Shown here: one piece after another, positions 1 to 11,373 of the stretch | Numbering within the stretch: the first letter of the stretch is position 1 | How the letters are laid out: each line of letters opens with the position of its first letter | Source of the DNA: an uncultured Gammaproteobacteria bacterium | Lineage (GTDB): Bacteria > Pseudomonadota > Gammaproteobacteria > JAIEPX01 | Assembly: GCA_963725255.1 (NCBI GenBank) | Contig: CAVRXV010000008.1 | Coordinates: forward strand, 50,159 to 114,158 | DNA: 64,000 nt | Direction: 5' to 3' | Notes under the pieces: generated by a model | What the model was told of the DNA's origin: nothing | The model's database searches: none | Seen by the model: only the letters and a program-made list of their open reading frames with translations | Translations under genes and position numbers: made by a program

Positions 1-22
1 AACTCGAAATATTTTCGCGAGT

Positions 23-616
23 TTGGTACTTTTTTGCAGTGTTATTGCAAGTAGTGCAATTTATGCGAATGATCCTGCCCCTGTAACGGTGCTAAAAGAA
101 TCCACTACTGAAATGTTATCAGCTCTAAAAACTCATCAAGGCACTCTGAAAAGTCATCCTAAATATTTAGAAGATCAAATTCGGCGAATTGTTGTACCAA
201 AATTTGATCTGACATCAATGTCTCAGTCTGTGGTCGGACGACGTCATTGGGAAGAATCTTCTCCTGCAATGCGACAAGCGTTTATTCGAGAATTTACTGC
301 TCTTGTGATAAATGTTTATTCAGCACCTTTACTCGATTATAACGGTGATAAAGTGCAATTTCTTCCACTTCGCGAAGGCATAGAGGGTCAATCTCGAGTT
401 GTTGTGCAAACGATAATTTTGAGACCCACAGGTCAGCGAATTGCAGTGAATTATAGTTTGAAAAATCTTGGTGGTACTTGGAAGGTGTACGATTTTAGTA
501 TTGAAGGCATTAGTATGGTGGCCAGCTATCGATCTCAATTTGCTGAGGTGTTAGAAACAAAAGGAATGTCAGGACTACTTGCCCAAATCCGTTCTCATAG
601 TAGGGCGCTATCATGA
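23..616 (+). CDS. mlaC: MlaC-like periplasmic phospholipid-binding protein (Ttg2D family), with signal peptide
   Basis: 197-aa ORF with an N-terminal hydrophobic signal. The sequence pattern matches MlaC/Ttg2D. A STAS protein and murA follow, as in the mla operon. Confidence 0.65.
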   Translation: MVLFCSVIASSAIYANDPAPVTVLKESTTEMLSALKTHQGTLKSHPKYLEDQIRRIVVPKFDLTSMSQSVVGRRHWEESSPAMRQAFIREFTALVINVYSAPLLDYNGDKVQFLPLREGIEGQSRVVVQTIILRPTGQRIAVNYSLKNLGGTWKVYDFSIEGISMVASYRSQFAEVLETKGMSGLLAQIRSHSRALS

Positions 617-906
617 GTTTTGCTGGTCAAGAATCTTTCACAGTAACAGGTGATCTCGTTTTTACGACGGTACCTCGTTGGCGACGAATAGGGCGACAAT
701 ATATCGATGCGACCGATGAACCGATTTTCGAATTCGACAATATCACCCGATGTGATAGTTCAGGGGTGGCTTTGTTGCTTGCCTGGTTGCGTGATGCCAA
801 AGAAAGGGGTAGAGTCATTCGTTTTTCGCAGATGCCAGAGCAATTAATCGAAATTGCTCAGGTTTACGGCGTTTTGGATGTGCTGAACAGTAGCCTTACT
901 AATTAA
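613..906 (+). CDS. mlaB: MlaB-like STAS-domain protein
   Basis: 97-aa ORF that overlaps the mlaC stop. Size and composition fit a STAS domain, and it sits in the mlaC-mlaB-murA synteny. Confidence 0.55.
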   Translation: MSFAGQESFTVTGDLVFTTVPRWRRIGRQYIDATDEPIFEFDNITRCDSSGVALLLAWLRDAKERGRVIRFSQMPEQLIEIAQVYGVLDVLNSSLTN

Positions 907-931
907 GCTCATACCGTCTGTCGGCTGATGA

Positions 932-2254
<1,323 letters not shown>

Positions 2255-2340
2255 GCAATCTTCTAATCCCTTGAAGGCAAATAATTTTCCTTAGTCAGGA
2301 ATTGCTGGCGATTCATAATAATCATAAAATCTAGGATAAT

Positions 2341-2412
2341 TCCTTTTTTCTATATAAAGATTCTTTTTTCTATATAAAGTTGTTGACGATCAGTGAGTTA
2401 AATATTACTATA
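2341..2412 (+). promoter_or_regulatory. Tandem 19-bp direct repeat (tcyttttttctatataaag x2, period 21 bp) followed by a sigma70-like TTGACG-17 bp-TACTAT
   Basis: Read directly in the AT-rich intergenic region upstream of the 612-aa hypothetical ORF. The repeat architecture resembles a response-regulator binding site. Confidence 0.3.
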
Positions 2413-2602
2413 AATGTAATAACTCATGTCATGAAGACATAAAGTTAATAATAAGTTCTTAATTTTAATACTATAGAAAAAGGTGTTTTTATGAAAAAAA
2501 AGTGCTCTCGGAGCTCGCAATACGGAGATTAATCCATCTACCCCTCGTCGACCTGTCTCACAAAATCGTCTGGCCGAAATTCTGTTTCGAAGCACAGCAA
2601 TT

Positions 2603-4441
2603 TTGAACAGTGTTGGTACGCCCTCTTTTGCATACTTTGTCCAACGTTATTCCTTGAATGTTAGAAATGGGATACAGTTATTGAGGGCTGTGAAAAAACA
2701 CTATGATCCAGAACTTCATTTTCGTAGCAGAGATTTATATGAGATTTTGAGCACCATCGAGGGGCTCGAAAGTTTTGGTACTTTACTGGAGGAAGGGAGT
2801 CTCTCCATCTATGACCAACTTCTCCAAATCTTAGCACGTTGGCGTGTTCATCATTGGATTATAGGTAATCAGGATTTCATTCTCTGGTGTCATAGACGTC
2901 GCGAATATTTACCCACTCTGTTAACACAATATGCGGGTAATCCCGTTTTGTTACCTGGTGATATGGTCGAACGAACGTTGCCCGCTGTTGATTTTCTATG
3001 GCTGGTTGAATTAGTTGGACCAAAGAATGAGGATCAGGTCGGAATTCGGCTCAATAAAATCTCATCGAAAATATCACGCCCAGAATATGGCAGAGCGTTG
3101 CTCAAATTGTCAGCTCAACTTGATCAAATGAACACATTTAAAGCGATAATTTCTCCATTAGCAGAAGACTCTATAGAAAGTGTGCTTCAGTTTGTTCAAC
3201 AGCGAAAATCAGTTTTCCAAGATTTATTAGCGGGTAGAACTAATCTGATTTTAGATCATTATAGGCAATCGAATCCTCAAGCTGATGCAATCCTTGACGC
3301 GGTTTTAGAGGAGAATAAAGGGCTATTAATCCGACTTTTGAATTTGCGTAACCATCAGAAGGTTCTACAAAAACAAGCTGCGCGCGAATTTTTGAGTCCT
3401 ATCATTGAACAACTAAAGATTTTGAAGTCATTCATTACTCCCTTAGATACAGCGAAAATTGTCGAAATGCTACAATTTTTTACAACCAATCGAAATTTTT
3501 TCGCAGTGTTGGCGTTAAATTACAATGCCTTTGATCCAGCTTTTAGATCATATGTTGATGCAAATCCACAAGCGAAGGATCTTATTGAAAGACTTCAAGC
3601 TCATGGTCTGCGACTTCGAGGGCTCTTACAGGTCGAGGATATACGAACTGTTCTCACTGATCCTCAAGCAAAAGAATATTTTCGCCCGCTCGTGAATGAT
3701 TTATTGACTGGATTTTTCAATGGGCGATGGCAGTTTCTTGCTCAAATATCAGGAATTAATGATCAGTGGCCTGATCGAGAGAGAGCAATGGTTTGGGTAG
3801 CGACTACCATAGAGAAATATCGTGATGAGATGAGACACTTAGTCGCTGATAAGAAAGAGTGGCGTACCTGGATTAAGCATCATCCTGAATTTCAACCTAC
3901 TGCGAGCACATTCAGAAATGATTTAATGCAATGTATTGAAGGACCGGTGAAATTATCAGAAGAAAGTTTTGTACTGGATTGTGTAACAGGAGATGTACGA
4001 GGTTGTGTGGATGTGCGTCCTGGTAAAGTACGGTCCTATGTGCCTATTATTACATGTCTTTTAGAAGCATTGGGTGATCTAACCGAACACGATACTGTGA
4101 ATACTATTTCAAAAGATGTGTTGTTATTTAATTTTGTTGCACATCCTAATAATCATGCATTGCTTCAGTTTTTTTATCACGGACTTCAAAGAATCCGTCC
4201 CGTTTTAGAAGCTTTTCAAGATCATCAAAATAACAAGGTTGATTCTGAAGTTCCTACTTTTAATCCTGCAGTATTGCGTGACCATTCAAATAGTCCCTTG
4301 TCAGTAGAGTTACATAGCGATCTGAAATTTAAGCCATTAAAACCGAAAGGTATTCGGTTTGATTTTCAAGAGCCGCAACAAAGGGTAGATGAAAACGCTG
4401 AAAATCAAGAAACACTACCAGTGACTGTAACGCTGCGATAA
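2603..4441 (+). CDS. Hypothetical protein, 612 aa, effector-like (no recognisable domain)
   Basis: Long uninterrupted ORF with no family motif recognised. Start codon is uncertain. Confidence 0.5.
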   Translation: MNSVGTPSFAYFVQRYSLNVRNGIQLLRAVKKHYDPELHFRSRDLYEILSTIEGLESFGTLLEEGSLSIYDQLLQILARWRVHHWIIGNQDFILWCHRRREYLPTLLTQYAGNPVLLPGDMVERTLPAVDFLWLVELVGPKNEDQVGIRLNKISSKISRPEYGRALLKLSAQLDQMNTFKAIISPLAEDSIESVLQFVQQRKSVFQDLLAGRTNLILDHYRQSNPQADAILDAVLEENKGLLIRLLNLRNHQKVLQKQAAREFLSPIIEQLKILKSFITPLDTAKIVEMLQFFTTNRNFFAVLALNYNAFDPAFRSYVDANPQAKDLIERLQAHGLRLRGLLQVEDIRTVLTDPQAKEYFRPLVNDLLTGFFNGRWQFLAQISGINDQWPDRERAMVWVATTIEKYRDEMRHLVADKKEWRTWIKHHPEFQPTASTFRNDLMQCIEGPVKLSEESFVLDCVTGDVRGCVDVRPGKVRSYVPIITCLLEALGDLTEHDTVNTISKDVLLFNFVAHPNNHALLQFFYHGLQRIRPVLEAFQDHQNNKVDSEVPTFNPAVLRDHSNSPLSVELHSDLKFKPLKPKGIRFDFQEPQQRVDENAENQETLPVTVTLR

Positions 4442-4531
4442 CCTTTTAGCCATCACCTCACCGAAGCTCGACACTATGATCACGAAGAGTTAGGTGAGGT
4501 GACTAGATTCCAACTGCAGAAACTAGGTTGA

Positions 4532-5353
4532 TTAGTTGAAATCCATCTTCAACCCAGTGGTTTGATCAGGTACAGCTTCTAGAAGAGGAATTAACATCCT
4601 AACTTCACTTGCCACAGCTGCTTGTATTTTCTTTGTATTCAACAACGAAGCATCAATTAGCCTAAAGAAATGCGTGATGAGATCTTGAATTGTTTCACAG
4701 TTCCAACTATTGCTGGCAATTATTCCTCGCCCCTCATAGCAACTTTCAATTTGTGCTTCGCTATAAGGTTCTAATGCATCTGCCATTAATAAATGTTGGT
4801 AGCAAGTAGAGTAGTATTGTAACGCCAGACTTTTATTGAATTTTGTAAAATATTGAGCCGCAAAAAAATTCATTATTGCTGATAATAAATAACCGGGTGT
4901 TTGGTGTCTTTCAGCAGCATGTGATGCAATTTCACAACCTTCTTGAATGACAGCTTTGAAATTTAAATTTGCATTTTCTTTTCCTGAAGATAGTTGATTA
5001 ATACAAATATTAACAGCTGCTCTAGCAGCATGGAAATTTGAATGTGAAAACGCGAGTGTTTTTAAATATTGAAATACAATTATATTGTGTCCTTTAGCGC
5101 GACAATAATTTAATGCGCAATTAAAAAATGGATGAACATTATCGGGTGGAATGACTGGCTTTAGAGCAGGGTTTTTTTGAAGTTCCGCGCTGATTGTTTT
5201 CCAATTATTGCTCCATGCAGTTCGATGTTTTGAAGATAAATGTTGCTTGCGCAATTCTTCATTTGTTGCTGCGCTAAAAAATATTTGCAGCAATTTATCA
5301 GATAAGGGACTAGAACCACTGCTGCGCAGCGATTCCCTACTAGCTTCTTCCAT
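4532..5353 (-). CDS. Hypothetical protein, 273 aa
   Basis: ORF convergent with the previous gene. No recognisable domain. Confidence 0.45.
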   Translation of the reverse strand: MEEASRESLRSSGSSPLSDKLLQIFFSAATNEELRKQHLSSKHRTAWSNNWKTISAELQKNPALKPVIPPDNVHPFFNCALNYCRAKGHNIIVFQYLKTLAFSHSNFHAARAAVNICINQLSSGKENANLNFKAVIQEGCEIASHAAERHQTPGYLLSAIMNFFAAQYFTKFNKSLALQYYSTCYQHLLMADALEPYSEAQIESCYEGRGIIASNSWNCETIQDLITHFFRLIDASLLNTKKIQAAVASEVRMLIPLLEAVPDQTTGLKMDFN

Positions 5354-5579
5354 AAAGCATCCTTTAATTCGTAATTATTTTTCTATAATAACATAATAAA
5401 TTTTCATTTGCGAACAAGAATTTTTAGCGCAATATGTTGTGAATTATTTTTGCTAATGCAACTAGATGTTGTGTTTTGATTGATTTGTTACTGATTTTTC
5501 AATTTTTTAATGTTGATGCAAATATCTTGTAGAGTGTTATAATTTTATATCGATAATGTAAGCGTTCAATGAGGGATCC

Positions 5580-6617
5580 ATGAATCAAAATCATCGTGAA
5601 TTAATTAGTATTGGATTTACTATAACAGTTGTTGTTATGGCTGCGATTGTGGCTATGCATTTTTTACTTCCCTTGGTGTGGGCGGGGATTATAGCGATAG
5701 CAACCTGGCCTGTGTATCAACGTCTTGAACGCTGGTTGGGGTATCGTAAAACCTTAGTTGCAGCATTACTGACCTTCGCATTTACTCTGGTAGTCATGGT
5801 GCCTTTGGTGTGGTTAACCATTAAAGGGCTACACGAGGCGCGCGTATTTGCGAACTTCCTCATCCAATCCAATACTGAAGGGGTTCCTCCACCGGATTGG
5901 ATTAAAAGTTTGCCTTGGGGCAGTGATTACCTGCAAAACATGTGGCAGGATAAATTGGGGCATCAAGGGGCAGTATCTGAATTGTTAGAAACTGAAACCT
6001 CTTCAATTAAATCACTCAGTGGTTTCGCAAAAACAGTTGGGTTGCAAGTGGCTCATCGTTCAGTTGTGTTTGGTTTCGCTCTTTTGTGTTTATTTTTCTT
6101 CTACCGGGATGGGGAAAGTTTGGCTCAGCAGATCAATGCTTTAGGTGATTATTGCTTAGGCCATCGTTGGCATCTTTATTCTAGTAATTTGCCGAATGCG
6201 ATCAAGGCGACTGTCAATGGATTAGTCTTAGTGGGTTTGAGCGTTGGTGCGATTATGGGTACTTGCTACGCCATATTGGGGGTTCCATTTTCAGTCATGC
6301 TGGGTGCAGCTACCGCACTATTAGCGATGATTCCTTTCGGAGCTCCTATTGCATTTGTTACTGTAGGGTTGGTTCTATTGATTAAAGGTAGTCTTGCAGG
6401 TGCTATTGTAGTATTAGTTGTTGGTTCGATCGTGATGTTTGTGGCAGATCACTTTGTACGTCCAGTCATTATTGGTAATGCTACCCAGCTCCATTTTCTC
6501 GCCGTATTATTTGGTATTTTAGGTGGTGTCGAAGCTCTGGGGCTAGTCGGCTTATTTATTGGTCCCGTCGTGATGGTGTTGTTCTCAACCTTATGGCGCG
6601 AACCAGAGTTAAGTTAA
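5580..6617 (+). CDS. AI-2E family transporter (PerM/YdiK/UPF0118)
   Basis: 345 aa, 7-8 TM segments. The C-terminal consensus of the family is present (HFLAVLFGILGGVEALGLVGLFIGPVVMV). Confidence 0.75.
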   Translation: MNQNHRELISIGFTITVVVMAAIVAMHFLLPLVWAGIIAIATWPVYQRLERWLGYRKTLVAALLTFAFTLVVMVPLVWLTIKGLHEARVFANFLIQSNTEGVPPPDWIKSLPWGSDYLQNMWQDKLGHQGAVSELLETETSSIKSLSGFAKTVGLQVAHRSVVFGFALLCLFFFYRDGESLAQQINALGDYCLGHRWHLYSSNLPNAIKATVNGLVLVGLSVGAIMGTCYAILGVPFSVMLGAATALLAMIPFGAPIAFVTVGLVLLIKGSLAGAIVVLVVGSIVMFVADHFVRPVIIGNATQLHFLAVLFGILGGVEALGLVGLFIGPVVMVLFSTLWREPELS

Positions 6618-6827
6618 GTAATAACGTTACCATTCAGTACCTTGGCTAAAATGGCTAAAACATTCAGAGTCTTTGTCCAGGTTGGGTGGAAAAATTTCAT
6701 TTTAAAACCGAGGATGTTTCTTAGCTGCTTGAAATTTTCTTAAAATAGAGGATTTTAATTTTTCAATAAATTTATTTCCGCGCCGAGATAGGCGAAATAT
6801 GGACGTTTCTATCATGTGGTGAGTAGC

Positions 6828-8210
6828 TTATGTAATGACGACATAAATATTGGCAAGCCCACGTCGGATGCCGAGGAGTAGCTTTTTAGGTTTTGCTTGA
6901 ATGAGTTTAGCTACATCTTTGATTTCACGTGTTTTATCGCCGTTGGCTTTGAGGATTATATCGCCCGGGCGCAAGCCGGCTAGAAAGGCGTTGGAAGTGT
7001 CGTTCACTTCTAAAACAAGAACACCTTGAAGCTCTTCGTTTTGTGTATCAACTTGATGAATATTATTTAATCGAACTCCCATCAGTAATGAGTTTTCTTT
7101 TTCCATGGTTTTAATGGCTTTTTCAATTGTGTCGATGCCGACGCTTAAATTCAAGGTTGATTTTTTGCGTTGAACAGTGAGTTTTAATGTGTCATCGACT
7201 TTGGCAGTACCGATGATACTGCGCAAATGATCAGCATTGCGAATAGCTTCATTGTCAATTTTGAGGATGACATCTTGTTCTTGCAATCCACCTTTTTCAG
7301 CAGCAGAGCCTTTATTCACTTGAGTGACTAAAGCGCCAGAAGAGTTGGGCATATCCAACGCATCTGCAAGCGCTGGGGTGAGTGATTGGACCATCACTCC
7401 GACAATGCCTCGATTCACTTTATGATATTTGATTAACTGGTCCATAACGCTTTTAACCATATTGCTGGGTATTGAAAATCCGATCCCCACACTAGTGCCT
7501 TGTGGACCTAAGATGGCCGTATTAATTCCCACTAATTCACCTTTCATGTTCACTAAAGCCCCACCAGAGTTTCCTGGATTAATGGAGGCATCGGTTTGAA
7601 TAAAATTTTCATAACCCCCGGGACCTTCAATGCCAATGCTGCGGTTTAGCGCACTAATGACACCCGAAGTAACGGTTTGTTGCAGGCCGAAAGGATTTCC
7701 GATGGCGGCTACAAAATCACCGGCAGAAAGTTTGGATGAATCCGCTAAAGGAATGGATTTGAGATATTTATCTTTGACTTGAATCACAGCCAGGTCAGTA
7801 GGGGGATCAATACCAATAATCTCCGCTTTTAGTTTTCGGCCATCATTCATCGTAACAATCAGAACTGAGCTGTTTCGAATGACATGAGCATTGGTGACAA
7901 TGTAGCCGTTTTCTGCATCCACGATTACGCCCGATCCCGCGCTTTCAAATTTTCGAGAGGGCATTAAATCATAATTATCAGGGTTCGAAGGTTGACCTTG
8001 ACTGTTTTGTTGAGCTTGTGGGGATGAAGGCACAACAGCGATAGAGCCGCGAACGGTGATATTCACAACGACGGGCATTACTTTTTCCAACATCGTGGCC
8101 ATGCTGGGTGAATAATTGGGGGATGTTGAGGTGACTTTATTGCTCGCCGTAGCGGTGATATTGATGCATAAGGTTGTTAGGATGAGTAAATATTGAAATC
8201 TGTTTTTCAT
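6828..8210 (-). CDS. htrA: Periplasmic serine endoprotease DegP/DegQ (HtrA family) with 2 PDZ domains
   Basis: Signal peptide present. Catalytic motif GNSGGALVN is present, with trypsin-like His/Asp regions and two PDZ-like C-terminal domains. Confidence 0.88.
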   Translation of the reverse strand: MKNRFQYLLILTTLCINITATASNKVTSTSPNYSPSMATMLEKVMPVVVNITVRGSIAVVPSSPQAQQNSQGQPSNPDNYDLMPSRKFESAGSGVIVDAENGYIVTNAHVIRNSSVLIVTMNDGRKLKAEIIGIDPPTDLAVIQVKDKYLKSIPLADSSKLSAGDFVAAIGNPFGLQQTVTSGVISALNRSIGIEGPGGYENFIQTDASINPGNSGGALVNMKGELVGINTAILGPQGTSVGIGFSIPSNMVKSVMDQLIKYHKVNRGIVGVMVQSLTPALADALDMPNSSGALVTQVNKGSAAEKGGLQEQDVILKIDNEAIRNADHLRSIIGTAKVDDTLKLTVQRKKSTLNLSVGIDTIEKAIKTMEKENSLLMGVRLNNIHQVDTQNEELQGVLVLEVNDTSNAFLAGLRPGDIILKANGDKTREIKDVAKLIQAKPKKLLLGIRRGLANIYVVIT

Positions 8211-9001
8211 TGTCGTTTCTCCACTGAATTTGCGATCAAAATTATTGAGGCCATTCTACCAGTACTTCCACCCGCTTTGCGATAGGAAAAGAACATTTTA
8301 TCATCGGTATAGGTGCAATAATCACCCCCGTAAACCGCTGTGACGCCCTCTTGATTCAGTGATAATGTTGCGAGTAGGTAAAGATTAGCTAAATATTTGC
8401 CATTGTTTTGAGGAATGAATGCTGGCGCGTTAATAGGTTGTTGTGTCGTGAAGGCCTCGAACACTTCGGGGCCTACTTCAAAAGCCTCAGGTCCAATGGC
8501 GGGTCCCAGCCACGCTATGATATCTGATGGTGGAGATCGGAAATTTTTTATAGCTTCCGATAAAATGCCCGATAAACAACCACGCCAGCCTGCATGAACT
8601 GCAGCAACTTCCGTACCTGCACGGTTGCAGAGTAACACGGGTAAACAGTCAGCAGTGAGGACAGCGCAAATCTGTTGGGGCTGGACTGTATAGCACCCAT
8701 CGGCTGTGGGTGGATTGGCACTCAATTGTGTCACATCGTGATTGTCGAGGTTGACGATAATATTACTGTGAGTTTGATTCAGCCAGATGGGCTCATGAGA
8801 TAAATCTAAAGCGTTCAGTAATCTCTGGCGATTTTGATCAACGTGAGCTGGATTATCACCCACGTGGTGCCCCAGGTTGAAACTTGCATAGGTTCCTTCA
8901 CTGACACCGCCCTTACGCGTTGTAGTTAGTGCAATAATTGAGGAGGGCGCAGGCCAATCTGGTCGTACAATATCAAGCTGATTCATAAAGTTCTTATCCA
9001 T
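8207..9001 (-). CDS. pgeF: YfiH/PgeF laccase-domain protein (purine nucleoside phosphorylase / peptidoglycan editing factor)
   Basis: 264 aa. N-terminal TTRKGGVS motif and HAGWRG motif are typical of the DUF152/YfiH family. Confidence 0.7.
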   Translation of the reverse strand: MDKNFMNQLDIVRPDWPAPSSIIALTTTRKGGVSEGTYASFNLGHHVGDNPAHVDQNRQRLLNALDLSHEPIWLNQTHSNIIVNLDNHDVTQLSANPPTADGCYTVQPQQICAVLTADCLPVLLCNRAGTEVAAVHAGWRGCLSGILSEAIKNFRSPPSDIIAWLGPAIGPEAFEVGPEVFEAFTTQQPINAPAFIPQNNGKYLANLYLLATLSLNQEGVTAVYGGDYCTYTDDKMFFSYRKAGGSTGRMASIILIANSVEKRQ

Positions 9002-10292
9002 GCAATATCCAGGCTAGGTGCCCTGTTAAATATAATAAACTGACACCAATCAAAAAAACGATTCCAAATCGTCCAAGGATTAATAATGAACGGCTCGGTT
9101 GATGTTCTTTGGGAATAATTTCTGAATTGGTGATGACTTTGTAATTTAATAATGCATACACTGGAGCGACTAAAAACGCGAGTGTGGTTGCAAAATCCAA
9201 CAGACGAGTCATATTTTTAACAAAATAGCCTGATAAAATGATGCATCCAAAAAACAAAATGAGCACGCTGTACCAATACAATAGAGGGTAATATTTTTTC
9301 ATGGTGGGAAAAGCTAAATAGGTTGCTGTAGATATTGCGCGAGGATAAGCATCCAAACAAACAATGGTCGTGCTAAACATGGTGGTGAGCATTGCAATTT
9401 CTAAAATAGGTTCACTCCAAAATCCAATATGACTGCTATACAACGTTACTAATTGTTCTGTGAATTTAACGCCTGAATCTGAAAAGTTTTCGCCGCTGCC
9501 GAACATCACTAGCGTTCCTAAAGCGACAAAAAATACGGCAAGCACCCCGTTTAAAATATATCCGATATGAAAATCGAGCATGGCTTCTTTGGGTGTAGGT
9601 GGATTAGCGCTCACGCGGTGACGTCTTTTGGTCCACAACGAAACCCAGACTGACACTTCGAGTGGTGCTGGGATCCAGCCCATTAAAGCCAGCATGAAAC
9701 TGAGTCCTGCTAAATTCCATAAATCAGGGCGCGGCGTAGTGGCAACTCGTTCCACGTTGTGGGGGAAAGCCAACATCACAACGGTAATGGTGGATAGTGC
9801 GAGTATGACTAAAATTAATTTGACCGTTCGCTCAAGCCAAATGTAGTGTCCAATAAACACAATCGAAGCGCAGACACTGATGATAGCAATGCTAAAAACC
9901 AGAGGAGATATTGTTGCTCCAATCATATACGTGAAAATATTCGCTGTGATAAAGCTCACTGTAGCGACGGTAATGAACGAGACACACATCGTAATGGCGA
10001 TATATCCGAATAAAATCCAACGTCCAAGATGGGCATACCCTTGTAATAATGTTTTATTTGTGATGACCGTGAGACGTTGTGAATATTCGAAAAAGGGATA
10101 TTTTATGATAGTGATCAATATCACCGCAAAAATCATAATAAAACCGTAAGTGGCTCCCGCGCGTGTAGATTGAATTAAATGCGAAGCTCCCATCGCTGCA
10201 GAAGCGAAGAGCATGCCAGGGCCCAGCATGCGGCCAAAATTATAAATGCGCTGAAATAAGTTCATGAGTGAGTCTTGCTTTATGGTATACAA
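8994..10292 (-). CDS. Polytopic membrane transporter, NRAMP-like (divalent metal transporter family, divergent)
   Basis: 432 aa with about 11 TM segments. The N-terminal GPGMLFASAAMGASHLIQSTRAGATYGF resembles the Nramp first TM consensus. Family call is tentative. Confidence 0.4.
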   Translation of the reverse strand: MYTIKQDSLMNLFQRIYNFGRMLGPGMLFASAAMGASHLIQSTRAGATYGFIMIFAVILITIIKYPFFEYSQRLTVITNKTLLQGYAHLGRWILFGYIAITMCVSFITVATVSFITANIFTYMIGATISPLVFSIAIISVCASIVFIGHYIWLERTVKLILVILALSTITVVMLAFPHNVERVATTPRPDLWNLAGLSFMLALMGWIPAPLEVSVWVSLWTKRRHRVSANPPTPKEAMLDFHIGYILNGVLAVFFVALGTLVMFGSGENFSDSGVKFTEQLVTLYSSHIGFWSEPILEIAMLTTMFSTTIVCLDAYPRAISTATYLAFPTMKKYYPLLYWYSVLILFFGCIILSGYFVKNMTRLLDFATTLAFLVAPVYALLNYKVITNSEIIPKEHQPSRSLLILGRFGIVFLIGVSLLYLTGHLAWILHG

Positions 10293-10334
10293 CTCCCTAC
10301 GATTAGCCTCCTACTGTAACTGATAGAGTGTGAA

Positions 10335-11273
10335 ATGGTCAACCATACGCCCTTCTTAGAATTTAGTCGTACAAATTGGCGTCAGTTTCGACAAGATACA
10401 CCACTGACTTTAACTGAAAGTGAATTAGCCCGACTGCGTGGTCGTAATGAACCCATTTCATTAACGGAAGTTGAAGAAGTCTATTTACCGATTGCACGTT
10501 TACTCAATTTATATGTTGAAGAAACACAAGAGCTTTATCGTGTAACTAGCAGATTTTTAGGAACTTCTGTGGCTCGAGTTCCGTATATTATTGGCGTCGC
10601 TGGAAGTGTTGCTGTAGGAAAAAGTACTATTTCACGATTACTGAAATCTTTATTATCTCGATGGCCTGCACATCGAGAAGTTGATATTGTCACAACCGAT
10701 GGATTTTTATTTTCCAATAATGAGTTGGCACGTCGTGGCCTAGAAGACCGCAAAGGTTTTCCAGAGAGTTATGATGTCCAAAAATTAATCGAATTGTTAT
10801 CTGATATCAAAGGTGGAAAAACCGATTTAAAAATTCCCATTTATTCTCATGAATATTACGACATCATTCCTGATCAGTTTGAGACTATTCATTCGCCCGA
10901 TATTGTCATTGTTGAAGGTTTAAATGTATTGCAAGTAGGCGGCTCAAATCCTCGAGTATCTTCACGAGTGTATGTATCAGATTATTTTGATTTTAGTATT
11001 TATGTGGATGCTGATCCGCAGGTTATTCAGGCATGGTTTATCGAGCGATTCATGAGCTTTAGATCGCAATCATCTGATAATAATAAACTTTTTATGCATC
11101 AATTTTCGAAAATGTCAGATCCGGAAGCTCAAGAATTTGCGCATGATATTTGGGCGTCGATCAATGCAAAAAATCTTTTTGAGAATGTGTTGCCTTATAA
11201 AAATCGGGCCAATTTAATTCTACATAAAGGTCGTGATCATGTGGTTGAGAAGATTTTGTTGCGAAAGTTGTAG
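10335..11273 (+). CDS. coaA: Type I pantothenate kinase
   Basis: The IIGVAGSVAVGKST P-loop and following blocks are collinear with E. coli CoaA (TTDGFL..., VEGLNVLQ). Confidence 0.88.
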   Translation: MVNHTPFLEFSRTNWRQFRQDTPLTLTESELARLRGRNEPISLTEVEEVYLPIARLLNLYVEETQELYRVTSRFLGTSVARVPYIIGVAGSVAVGKSTISRLLKSLLSRWPAHREVDIVTTDGFLFSNNELARRGLEDRKGFPESYDVQKLIELLSDIKGGKTDLKIPIYSHEYYDIIPDQFETIHSPDIVIVEGLNVLQVGGSNPRVSSRVYVSDYFDFSIYVDADPQVIQAWFIERFMSFRSQSSDNNKLFMHQFSKMSDPEAQEFAHDIWASINAKNLFENVLPYKNRANLILHKGRDHVVEKILLRKL

Positions 11274-11356
11274 GGGGAAGGGGTCAAGTCTTGACAAATA
11301 GACAAATTTTCTCCTTTATTATTTGTCTATTTGTCAAGACTTGACCCCTTCCCCCT
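11272..11356. repeat. MITE-like perfect palindrome (GGGGAAGGGGTCAAGTCTTGAC...)
   Basis: 85-bp hairpin-forming palindrome. Member of the GGGGTCAAGTCT repeat family. Confidence 0.8.
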
Positions 11357-11373
11357 GACATTAGGAGTAACCT

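Noticed and set aside
2398-2595. 65-aa minus-strand ORF in the murA downstream intergenic region
   Set aside because: It sits in an AT-rich region with no RBS. It is more likely promoter or leader sequence for the 2603 ORF.
9628-10149. Plus-strand ORFs 9628-9846 and 9880-10149
   Set aside because: They lie antisense within the NRAMP-like transporter gene. Their composition is typical of antisense membrane-gene artefacts.
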